NCBI GenBank assembly: GCA_965220675.1
Contig: OZ244837.1
Location: forward strand, 2,421,814 to 2,485,813
From: Longimicrobiales bacterium
GTDB lineage: Bacteria; Gemmatimonadota; Gemmatimonadetes; Longimicrobiales; Gaopeijiaceae
Length of the DNA: 64,000 bases
Direction: 5' to 3'
Positions 56,054-64,000 of this stretch are shown here, one piece after another. Every line of letters starts with the position of its first letter. The first letter of the stretch is position 1. The translations under genes and the position numbers were made by a program. Below the pieces are notes generated by a model. That model did no database searches. It saw only the letters and a program-made list of their open reading frames with translations, and was not told the DNA's origin.

Positions 56054-57835
56054 TCATCGGGGGTGACCCCCCAACGCTCCCTGGCGTTTCCGCTCGAAGA
56101 TCGACACCCTCATGGCCAGGATCTTCTGTCCGGCGTAGCCGGCGACCGGCGTAGCCGACATGCGCGCGTCGATGTCGTGGTATACCGCCGCCTTGCCCTC
56201 CAGCGTCGCGCACTCCTCGAGAACGATACGCGTCCCGTAGGTGACGAAGCTGTCTTTCGGGAGCACCCCACCCTCCCCGACGGTCCACTCCGGCCTGCCA
56301 AGGCCATCGATCGGCCCGTCGGACCAGGGCACGCCTATCTGAGAGAACATCTGCTCGACCTTCACCGTGAGGGGGAGGTCCAGGGGCTCGCTCCATCGGT
56401 TGAGCAAGTCCACGCTCACATCGAAGCTGCAGGAGGCGGCGTCGAACGTGCTCCTGTTGACGAGAACCGCGACCGAGTCGGAAACGTTGCGTCCGAGATC
56501 CGCGTTCCACTCAGCCCGGGTCCTGGCCGTGCCGGCGACCTCCACGGGCGCGGTATACAGCTGCGCGACCCCGGTCCGGTTGTCGACCCATACGGGGTGG
56601 AATCGACCGTCTGCCGCAACCATCATTCCGACGTAGTCTCCCACCTCCTCGTAGGTGCGGTACGCTCCGCCCGTGATGATCGCGATCCAGCTGCTGCCGT
56701 CACCGGGTTCGCGGACGGCGCCCAGGCCCGCATACCCTTCCCGTTCACCCTCGCCTCGCGCGTAGGTGTGTGCGGCCTCGCTCACCGCCACGCTGGGCAG
56801 CACGCTTTCGCCCCCGTCCAGAGAGGCCGTGAATCGCTGGCGGAACTCCTGATTCAAGGGGTCTTCACGACGGTCGAGCCAGGTGACCCCAACGACCCCG
56901 TCGCGGTTGACCGCGATGTCGGGCATGAACGCGTTCGGGCCTGCGGAGTCGAGGGGAATGCGGGGGTCGTCGACTGGAAGGGGGCTCGCCCATTCCTCAC
57001 CGTCGTCCGACCAGCTCAACATGATCTGACAGCGTCCGTAGGTGCGGTCCGTGAATGCGAGGTAAACCCGCCCGTGGAATGGGCCGTCGGAATGATCGAC
57101 CGCGATCTCCGGAGGACCCCCATCGGGCGTACACGGCGTGGTCTTCGCGACGTGGTGCGGTTGGCGGATGGACGCGCCACCATCGGTGACCGTCACGACG
57201 GAGGCGAAGTTCTTCGTGGTCGTGTCCCGGGGGGCGCGTTCCCACCAGGTCGTCGGCGGGGGAGGGGGGGGCGTGGGCCGAAACGGGGGAAGCACATCGA
57301 GGGGAACGAGGACCCGCCCATCCGGCTGCACGGCCGGTGCACCGACATGGCCCAGATCCCAGGCCTCCGGGACGAACATGTCGACGGGGCCTGCGTAGGT
57401 CCGACCGGAGTCGGCTGAGGCCACGAGCGACACATGCCGCTGTGGGAGCTTGCCCTCTTCCTCCTCGACCCGCCCGCCCACAGCGTAGACGTGCCCGTGA
57501 TACGGCCCGCCCGTCCAGTCGGCGACGAGATCCGCGTTGTCCACGAACGGTGCGAGCACGGGTTCGCTCCACGTGAGGCCACCGTCCGTCGAGCGGAAGA
57601 GGTGGATGATGGCGTGTGACTCGTACGCGATCCTCGGGTCCCCGCGGGTCGGTCCCGACGCGAAGTAGACCATGCCTCCCGGCCCGAAGGCGCAGGCGGG
57701 GTCCCATGTCTCGCCCCACCGCGAGATCGTGTCGTTCAGCGCCATGCCCCAGGTCGCACCCGCGTCATGGGACACATAGATGCCCGACGAGAGCCGACTT
57801 CGGGTGGGGTCGACGACCATCGAGCACACCACCAT
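56054..57835 (-). CDS. BNR/Asp-box repeat (sialidase-like) beta-propeller protein; the gene appears frameshifted near its 5' end
   Basis: The Asp-box motifs are SHDAGATW, STDGGLTW, SADSGRTY and SWSDDGEEW. The signal/lipoprotein N-terminus (MISKPGFARMVPRLAAVFVLAPAFILTTAAC...NVLVSGD) is encoded at 57883-58047 in a different frame (see findings). Confidence 0.7.
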   Translation of the reverse strand: MVVCSMVVDPTRSRLSSGIYVSHDAGATWGMALNDTISRWGETWDPACAFGPGGMVYFASGPTRGDPRIAYESHAIIHLFRSTDGGLTWSEPVLAPFVDNADLVADWTGGPYHGHVYAVGGRVEEEEGKLPQRHVSLVASADSGRTYAGPVDMFVPEAWDLGHVGAPAVQPDGRVLVPLDVLPPFRPTPPPPPPTTWWERAPRDTTTKNFASVVTVTDGGASIRQPHHVAKTTPCTPDGGPPEIAVDHSDGPFHGRVYLAFTDRTYGRCQIMLSWSDDGEEWASPLPVDDPRIPLDSAGPNAFMPDIAVNRDGVVGVTWLDRREDPLNQEFRQRFTASLDGGESVLPSVAVSEAAHTYARGEGEREGYAGLGAVREPGDGSSWIAIITGGAYRTYEEVGDYVGMMVAADGRFHPVWVDNRTGVAQLYTAPVEVAGTARTRAEWNADLGRNVSDSVAVLVNRSTFDAASCSFDVSVDLLNRWSEPLDLPLTVKVEQMFSQIGVPWSDGPIDGLGRPEWTVGEGGVLPKDSFVTYGTRIVLEECATLEGKAAVYHDIDARMSATPVAGYAGQKILAMRVSIFERKRQGALGGHPR

Positions 57836-58060
57836 GCGGGTCGAGTCCGAGGGATCGGCATGGGCGAAGTACTCCGAGTGCGATCGCCACTGACGAGCAC
57901 ATTCCGTCCCACCTGGATCAGGGAGCGGCCGTGGCGGGGCTGTTCAGGCGGCGCGCACGCCGCGGTCGTGAGGATGAATGCGGGGGCGAGGACGAACACG
58001 GCCGCCAGGCGGGGCACCATGCGGGCGAATCCTGGTTTGGAGATCATCTGATCCGGTCCT

Positions 58061-58675
58061 TCACACCGCCAGATCGACGGAAATGCCACAAGGTACGCCC
58101 GGATCGGGCCCCGGCCTACCGCGCCGTAGCCCGTCGATTGCGTCGGCGAGCGTGCGCCAGGCTTGGGGAAGCGTCTGGGGCGGCAGTTGCTCGGAAGGCC
58201 GGTTCCATTGGCGCAGGACGGCGCGACGATACTCCAGGCCGCTATGCGCGAGAACCCACTCCTCGTAGTCCGCGACGCGCCGAATTGCGGCGACGGTCAG
58301 GTCAACCGGTATCCGGGGTGACGGAGGCGCCTGTTCGGGCGGGATCATGCCGGGCTTCCAAATCGGCCCCTGGATTGTCTCCGACGGGAGCCAGACGGGT
58401 CGAAACTCGTAGCGGTTGAGGTAGACGCCACCCCTCTGCGACGTTCCGTACAGAAGCCCGAAACCCCACAACATGAGACTGTCGCCGTTGGGCAGCGCGA
58501 GCGTGTAGCAGCTGGATCCCGCTTCTCCCTCGGGCGGCCGTCGTTTGAGGAAGCCCGCTTCGAGCAGGAGGTTGCCTTCCGGGCGCACGATGTCCTGGCC
58601 CCAGTTCCAGCACTGCTGGTGTAGCAGCTCCTGCCCCTTGCGTTGGCGCGGGCCGGAGACCGGGCTTACAGCCAT
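58061..58675 (-). CDS. Hypothetical protein (204 aa), family not recognised
   Basis: Only the C-terminal 204 codons of the 513-aa track ORF have protein-like composition. The ATG at 58675 overlaps the upstream gene by 10 nt. Confidence 0.45.
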   Translation of the reverse strand: MAVSPVSGPRQRKGQELLHQQCWNWGQDIVRPEGNLLLEAGFLKRRPPEGEAGSSCYTLALPNGDSLMLWGFGLLYGTSQRGGVYLNRYEFRPVWLPSETIQGPIWKPGMIPPEQAPPSPRIPVDLTVAAIRRVADYEEWVLAHSGLEYRRAVLRQWNRPSEQLPPQTLPQAWRTLADAIDGLRRGRPGPDPGVPCGISVDLAV

Positions 58676-59754
58676 GCTCCGCCCCAGGCCAGCAAAGCGC
58701 TGAACGCGGTGGCGGCCACAGCCTGCCGACCCACCAACCGTAGCGCGAACGCGCCGCCCTGCTCGCGCGCAACCGTCAAGCAGGTGACCAGGCAAGGCAG
58801 CAGCACGCCGGCCAGGTAGACCGCCGTCAGCAGTTGGACGGCGCTGAGGCTTGCGGCGACCCCCGGCTCCGCCAGCAACAGGATGCCGTCCTTGCGCACG
58901 CTCGCCATGACCACAGCCGTGGCCGCCTCCGAGGGCAATCGAAAGATGGCCATCGCCGGCTCGACGACGGTCGACGCGACTTGCAGCGCGCCCAGCCAAT
59001 GCAAAAGGGACGCCGTGGCCGTGATGAGAAAGAAGATCGGCAAGGCCCTGCGAAAGAACTCCAGAATCACGCCCTGTGTCTCCAGCCAGACGGCCCTCGG
59101 GCGCGGCCAGGTCAAGAATGCCCGACTCTCCGTCGACAGCACATTGAGCAGAGAACGAGCCGCTCGCGGCGCGGTGAGACGAGCGTAGGCGACAGTCGTG
59201 GCGCCAAGGTACAGCAGGTAGGCCACGACCAACTCGGTTCGTCCCGCCACCGCGAAGACCGCCAGGGTGGCTCCCAGCTGATACGAACAGGCCGAACCGA
59301 AAGCAATGGCCGAGACGCATGCGCCACGCGAGCAAGCGGGGGACGAGCGCGCGCTGATGACGGCGGGCACGTTGCAGCCAAAACCCATCACGACCCGCGC
59401 CAGCTCCCGGCCCGTCACGCCGAACGGCCGCAGCCACGGATTCATGGCGGTTGTCAGGCGGTGGAGCAGGCCGCTCGACTTGTACGCGCTCATCAGCAGC
59501 GCATGGAGCACGACCACCGGAGTCGCCCACACCAGCAACAGCGGCCCCATCGTGACAAAGCCGTAGTCGCCGGCAAGGATCGCCGCAAACGGCTGCGGCC
59601 AACTCGTCAGCAACTCGGTCAGCGGCTCAGTCCGGGCGCGGACCCATGGGTCGATTCGATCAGCGAGACGGTTGGCTGTGTCAACCGCGACCCAGACGGG
59701 CGCCAACAACAGCAGCAGCGCCCAGAAAGGCCGGGCAGCCCCGGACCTATTCAA
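58666..59754 (-). CDS. FeoB-like membrane core (nucleoside-recognition/Gate domains) lacking the G domain
   Basis: It has the FeoB gate motif GFGCNVPAV followed by a Cys-containing segment (SSPACSRGACVSAIAFGSAC), and it is polytopic. The likely TTG start at 59754 overlaps the upstream stop (TTGA). Confidence 0.65.
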   Translation of the reverse strand: MNRSGAARPFWALLLLLAPVWVAVDTANRLADRIDPWVRARTEPLTELLTSWPQPFAAILAGDYGFVTMGPLLLVWATPVVVLHALLMSAYKSSGLLHRLTTAMNPWLRPFGVTGRELARVVMGFGCNVPAVISARSSPACSRGACVSAIAFGSACSYQLGATLAVFAVAGRTELVVAYLLYLGATTVAYARLTAPRAARSLLNVLSTESRAFLTWPRPRAVWLETQGVILEFFRRALPIFFLITATASLLHWLGALQVASTVVEPAMAIFRLPSEAATAVVMASVRKDGILLLAEPGVAASLSAVQLLTAVYLAGVLLPCLVTCLTVAREQGGAFALRLVGRQAVAATAFSALLAWGGAWL

Positions 59755-60884
59755 CAAGCGCAGGCATCTTCGCAGCACGACAGATCGTCGAGGTACATCC
59801 CGTGACGGCGGTACCACTTCAGCGGCTCCGTGCTCACTCGCAGGCGGCGGGCGATCTGGTTGGCTACCACGGCGAAGCGTTGGCGGAACTTGTAGATGAA
59901 GCAGAAGACGAGGTTGCCCTGGCGGACCTGCGGCCCGACCAGGAAGAGCCCCCTCGTCACGGTGGACTCGTCGTTTTCCGTCAGCAACGGAAAGTTCTCA
60001 TCTCGCCAATCGAACAACGAGCGAACGAGGCTTGCCGAACCGACGAATCCGGTGGCCAGGATCGGCTTCTCGGCGCAGTCCATGACCTCGCCGTCCTCGA
60101 ACGCCAACTGATAGCCGTTGCCGTTGCCGTTGCGACGAACGCCGGTAACGGTACAGCCGCCGGACAACGTCACCCGCTCCGAGTCAACGGCCGAGTTCAG
60201 GCGCGCCCGCGTAAACGGTGACAGGAGTTGGCTGGGGTCCGAGCCTCTTCGGTTCCACGGCTCGTCGCGGTCGAAGACGACGGCTCGCCGACCGGCAGCG
60301 GCCAGCCCGACGGCGGCGTCGACGCCGCTCTCGGCGCCACCGATGATGCATCTCTCGCCGCCCACAAGATCATCCCATGAGGTCACCTCGGAGTAGTGCA
60401 GGCAAAGCTCGGCGCCGTGGAAGCCGCCGGTCTGCGGATACTGCATTTCGCCGCCCGCCCATACCACGAACCGCGCACGGATCTCGCCGCGACTCGTCTC
60501 CAGCCGAAACGGCTGGTGCCGCGTTTTCCTGGTGATCGAGCGAACGTCGATTCCGGTCGCAATGGGCAATTCGAAATGCTCTGCCACCCCCTGCAGATAA
60601 GCGGCGTACTCCGCCCCGGTGGGGTGCTCGATGCCGATCGAGTAAGCCGGCGAGGTTTCCAGACAGACGGCGTTCAGGTCCAGCAGGCCGTACTGGTTGC
60701 TGGCGAACGACGGCGTGATGAAGCGCGTTTGTCGGGGCCAACGCAGGAACGAGGCACCGACGCAGCCGCGGTCGAGGATCCCGAAGTTGTCGATTCCCAG
60801 GTGGCGCAGCGTCACTCCAAAACCGAGACCTGCAGCCCCGGCGCCGACGATGACAACGTCGAGTGTCCGGGTTCCGTTTGTCAT
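59751..60884 (-). CDS. NAD(P)/FAD-dependent oxidoreductase (two-dinucleotide-binding-domain flavoprotein) with a Cys-rich C-terminal tail
   Basis: The FAD motif is DVVIVGAGAAGLG and the second Rossmann motif is CIIGGAESGVDAAVGLA. The C-terminus is LSCCEDACAC. Confidence 0.75.
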   Translation of the reverse strand: MTNGTRTLDVVIVGAGAAGLGFGVTLRHLGIDNFGILDRGCVGASFLRWPRQTRFITPSFASNQYGLLDLNAVCLETSPAYSIGIEHPTGAEYAAYLQGVAEHFELPIATGIDVRSITRKTRHQPFRLETSRGEIRARFVVWAGGEMQYPQTGGFHGAELCLHYSEVTSWDDLVGGERCIIGGAESGVDAAVGLAAAGRRAVVFDRDEPWNRRGSDPSQLLSPFTRARLNSAVDSERVTLSGGCTVTGVRRNGNGNGYQLAFEDGEVMDCAEKPILATGFVGSASLVRSLFDWRDENFPLLTENDESTVTRGLFLVGPQVRQGNLVFCFIYKFRQRFAVVANQIARRLRVSTEPLKWYRRHGMYLDDLSCCEDACAC

Positions 60885-60990
60885 CGGCTCACCCGAACCG
60901 TTTCGCGTCCGCCGAGGCGTAACGCGCTCTCCCGTCCCGTGTGTTCTCGTTCAATGCCTTCATTTCATGTCCCCTTGCGGTACTCGGTCG

Positions 60991-61014
60991 TAATGATAAC
61001 GTGCTATCAATAAT
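60991..61014. promoter_or_regulatory. Second Fur-family box candidate
   Basis: The sequence is TAATGATAACGTGCTATCAATAAT, containing TGATA-N6-TATCA. It shares AATGATAAYGT with the 55432 site. It is about 110 nt upstream of the flavoprotein start, in a 210-bp intergenic region. Confidence 0.5.
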
Positions 61015-61094
61015 GGGCAAAGGAGTCGCGCCCGGCCTCGGCGACAGGGCCGCGGTCACGCGGACCCGGTCACGAACGCGCCGACGCAGCGCCG

Positions 61095-62468
61095 CTAACG
61101 GAAACTCCAAATTTCCAGCCCCACCGGCCCCGACCCCGAGTCGATGCTGTCGGTCAGCGCGAATGTCTCGGGCGCGTAGCGGAATATCAGGGGCGGCAAC
61201 CCCTGACGTGTGCTGCCAAAAAAGGTCTGGTAGAGCGAGCCGTCCGCTGCCGTGTGCGCCCCAAATGCGCCGCGACAACCACCGCCGTCCAGGGGCGCAC
61301 AGATGGGATCGGATCCGTCCCGCAAGAATGCCTTCGTGGCCGTGTTCCACGCCACGGTGCCCGTGAAGAAGGCCGAAGCGAAGAGCGTGCCGCCCTGTGA
61401 GACATGGACGTGTCCCGAACCCGCGGGGAAACCTCCGACCACCTCGACCCTCGCAAGCGAAGCGGGATCGATGATCGCCAGAGTCGACGGCGTGACGTAG
61501 TCGCCGGTGTTCATCACATACAGCATTCCGTCCGGGCCCACGGCCCCGAACTGCGGATTGGTGCCCCCGGTCTCGATTTCGGCGGTCACGGTCATGGTGC
61601 GCGGGTCGAGCGCGGTGACCACGCCGTCGCCTTTCGGTGCGTAGTTGTCGTCCAGGTTCGCCGAGATCACGAAGGCCAGCGAGTCGGAGAACGGCACGAT
61701 GCCGGTGGGGAACTCGGTCACCGGGACCAGGTCGCCGATGGAGTTGCCGGCCTGTCCGAGCATGAACCTGCCCACCTGGTCCGTCTGCTGGTTGGCCGCG
61801 AGTACCGTGCTGGCGCCCACGAACGCCGAGCCGGTTGCGTTCCCGGATTCGAAGAGGAAGAAGCCGTCGATCTGCTGGCTGCGCATGTCGATGACTGCAA
61901 CCGAAGCCGCATTGCCGAGGGGAACGACACCGGTCTCGCCACGGATGGCGATACCGGTGGGGGTCACCGCGCTCGACGCACCCAGCGCGATGTCGCGGTT
62001 CTCGCCCGGATCGCCCAACTGAAAGAGGCGAACCGCGTTCCCGCTCGAGTTCACCACGATCCCGATCTGCGGATCGCTCACCGTCCCGTCGATAAACGCA
62101 AGCTCCTCAACCAGCAGCGAAACCGAGGTGTTGCCGGTGTTTCCGTCGGAATCCGTAGCCGTGAGCGTGATCGTATGGACCCCGACCGACGGCGACGCCA
62201 CCTCCAGCGACGACCCGGTGCCCAGCGCGCCGTCGATCGAACTCGACCAGGCCAGCGCTGCGTCGCCGAGCGTGCCGTCCTGCGGATCGGTGGCGGTTCC
62301 GACAAGGCCGACGGGCGTTCCTTCGTGGATGGCGAGCCCGGAAGCTGGCGAGGTGATGACGACGGTGGGGGCGGAAGGTCCGGCGGGCGCGGTGGGCGCT
62401 TCGTCGCCGCACGCAGTGATCGCGAGAAGGGCCAGCAAGATGGCGGAGGGGAGGGCGGTGTTGGTCAT
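61095..62468 (-). CDS. Surface lipoprotein: Ig-like domain plus beta-propeller
   Basis: It has a lipobox (LLAITAC). The Ig-like PKD/He_PIG-type segment is VVITSPASG...VGVHTITLTATDSDGNTGN. Propeller-like repeats follow. The ATG is at 62468. Confidence 0.65.
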   Translation of the reverse strand: MTNTALPSAILLALLAITACGDEAPTAPAGPSAPTVVITSPASGLAIHEGTPVGLVGTATDPQDGTLGDAALAWSSSIDGALGTGSSLEVASPSVGVHTITLTATDSDGNTGNTSVSLLVEELAFIDGTVSDPQIGIVVNSSGNAVRLFQLGDPGENRDIALGASSAVTPTGIAIRGETGVVPLGNAASVAVIDMRSQQIDGFFLFESGNATGSAFVGASTVLAANQQTDQVGRFMLGQAGNSIGDLVPVTEFPTGIVPFSDSLAFVISANLDDNYAPKGDGVVTALDPRTMTVTAEIETGGTNPQFGAVGPDGMLYVMNTGDYVTPSTLAIIDPASLARVEVVGGFPAGSGHVHVSQGGTLFASAFFTGTVAWNTATKAFLRDGSDPICAPLDGGGCRGAFGAHTAADGSLYQTFFGSTRQGLPPLIFRYAPETFALTDSIDSGSGPVGLEIWSFR

Positions 62469-62533
62469 GAGAGTCCTGTCGATGGTTAACAAGATGGTTA
62501 AGTATTGATTCGGCAGTGGAAGAAGGGCCGCGC

Positions 62534-64000
62534 TCATCGTCCGGCTCCGATGCGGATCCGTGTCGACCAGCCACGGCCCGGCAGCGGATAGTCGACGAGC
62601 AGCGCGGCGCGTTCGTCGAGGAGGTTGCTGAGGGCCAGATCGAGCCGCCCGTCGCGCTCGGCCAACTCGAATGGGACGGAGATCCCGGCATCGAAGAGCG
62701 TGTATGCGGCGAGCCCGTTCAGCGTAGAACCGGGAACGGTGCGGCGCTCGCCGACGTGCGCGGCCGACGGGATCAGCGTGATCCCGGCCGGCAATCCGAT
62801 GACGAGGACGAGGTCGGCGGTGAACCGCGGTCGATAGGCGACCTGGCCTTCAAGTACCACGCCGGTGTATTCGACCTCGGACCAGGCGGCGGTGGCGGTG
62901 ATGCTGTGGATACGTCCGAGCGCGGCCAGGTCGGTCGTGGCGCCGACTTCGAGTCCGCGGCGCGTTACGTCGTAGTTGTCCGGGCTCCACACGAAGCGGT
63001 GGTCCGGGAACCAGAGGATCATGTCGTCGAGGTCGGCGCGGTAGGCGGTGGTGCGCAGTTCGCCGTTGGCGGCGCCGAGCGACCACCGTTGGGCGGCGGT
63101 CGCCGCGAGTTCGCCGCGAATGCGCTCTGGTGCGAGGTCGGGATTGGGCTCGACGAGGACCCCTTCCTGAAAGAAGAGGTCGCCGACTCCGGGGGGCGAG
63201 AAGCCGCGGCCCCACCGGAGGTCGAGGGTGAACCCGGCGCGGGTCAGAGTGGCGTCGACGGCGGGCGAGGCGGTTACCCCGTCCACGAGCTCGTGCCGGT
63301 CGGCGCGGAGCGCGGCACCGAGATCGAGACGGACGCCGCGCCCCAGCTCCCAGCCGCGCCCGGCACGCGCCCACGCCCCGAGTTCGTCGAGGCTGACGCG
63401 GCGCGAGGTCAGGACATTCGACTCGATGTCGAGACGGGCGGCGTGGAGACCGAACCGCAGGGCCATGCCAGCCCCGCGGGGCAACGGCGCCGGAAGTCCG
63501 CTCCACCAGCCCTCGAGCGCGACTTCCGCACGGCGCACGCGGGTGCGGGTATCGTAGGCGCGGCCGAAGGGGGGCTCCGGATCGGCGTATTCGGCGCGTT
63601 GCCACTGGAGCGAGGTGCGGACCGAGCCACCGAGCCGTGAATCCGGCGATTCGCCGCCCGATTCGACCCCGACGCCCAGCCCGTACCGGCGATGGTGCTG
63701 TCGGGCGGTGAGCGAGGGCTGTGCGATCGTGCCGGGGCTCCCGCGTTCGACGTCGCTGAGGTGAGCACGCACCGATGTGTTCGCGCCCCCGTGCCGTGTG
63801 ATACGGAAGTCGCCGCCCGCATGCGAGAAGGCGGAGTTCTCGCGAGTCGACTCGCCGCCACCCCGGAAATCGGGGACATCGTAGGTGAACGCACCGTTCG
63901 ACCGCCGCCAGCGCGCGCCGCCCGACAGCGACCAGGTGTTCCCGAACCCGTGCGACCCGGTGACCGCGGTCTCCGCCATGGACCAGGCACCCATCCCCGC
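62534..64000 (-). CDS. TonB-dependent receptor, C-terminal barrel portion; the 5' end lies beyond the window
   Basis: It shows the alternating beta-strand pattern with Gly/Arg/Asp/Tyr-rich loops typical of TBDR barrels. The frame is open to the window edge. Confidence 0.7.
   Translation of the reverse strand, partial: AGMGAWSMAETAVTGSHGFGNTWSLSGGARWRRSNGAFTYDVPDFRGGGESTRENSAFSHAGGDFRITRHGGANTSVRAHLSDVERGSPGTIAQPSLTARQHHRRYGLGVGVESGGESPDSRLGGSVRTSLQWQRAEYADPEPPFGRAYDTRTRVRRAEVALEGWWSGLPAPLPRGAGMALRFGLHAARLDIESNVLTSRRVSLDELGAWARAGRGWELGRGVRLDLGAALRADRHELVDGVTASPAVDATLTRAGFTLDLRWGRGFSPPGVGDLFFQEGVLVEPNPDLAPERIRGELAATAAQRWSLGAANGELRTTAYRADLDDMILWFPDHRFVWSPDNYDVTRRGLEVGATTDLAALGRIHSITATAAWSEVEYTGVVLEGQVAYRPRFTADLVLVIGLPAGITLIPSAAHVGERRTVPGSTLNGLAAYTLFDAGISVPFELAERDGRLDLALSNLLDERAALLVDYPLPGRGWSTRIRIGAGR

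Noticed and set aside
58061-59602. The 513-aa ORF taken as a single gene
   Set aside because: Its N-terminal ~300 codons overlap the FeoB-like gene in another frame and are Arg/Gly/Ala-rich noise. Only the last 204 codons (from the ATG at 58675) look like a real protein.

Overview
This is a high-GC bacterial chromosomal segment; hand-sampled 60-nt lines give about 68-70% GC. The gene content (type III glutamine synthetase, CBM9/DUF5916, LVIVD propeller, GldG/DUF4340 ABC system, many secreted beta-propellers) suggests an environmental Gemmatimonadota-like organism, but that is inference only. I call about 50 protein genes. I found no rRNA, tRNA, CRISPR array, transposase or integrase. Most long ORFs in the track that lie antisense to these genes are Arg/Gly/Pro/Ala-rich shadow ORFs typical of high-GC DNA. 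Housekeeping content: a partial SbcC/Rad50-like ATPase; a GMC oxidoreductase with a Tat-signal small subunit; a GldA/F/G-like ABC exporter with DUF4340; two TonB-dependent receptors; glnN; thiC behind a TPP riboswitch; an AcnX (DUF521/DUF126) pair; a Liv-type ABC/acyl-CoA-ligase cluster; and M14 and M20 peptidases. Items worth a second look: (1) at 3.4-6.0 kb, a lower-GC, translationally coupled operon of a DUF3696-type ABC-like ATPase, a PIN-like nuclease and a minimal ATP-dependent RNA ligase. This is my best candidate for an undescribed defence or RNA damage-and-repair system. (2) An AAA/DUF4143 ATPase with a PD-(D/E)xK-like tail, preceded by four 12-bp repeats phased at exactly 22 bp, sitting inside a block that interrupts the Liv-type operon. 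(3) A split Zrg-like metal-uptake set (DUF3299-ABC at 47-50 kb; DUF2796 divergent from a second DUF3299 at 54.7-56 kb). It has a Fur-family box whose core recurs upstream of an operon encoding a flavoprotein and a FeoB-like permease that lacks a G domain. (4) Orphan or relic antitoxins (HipB-like and HicB-like) flanking hupE, with a triple-palindrome operator set. (5) A GTPase(DUF697)-vapBC block. (6) A putative periplasmic copper cluster ending in a Met-rich multicopper oxidase. (7) A frameshifted BNR gene. All functional calls come from motif recognition by eye. No database search was run.
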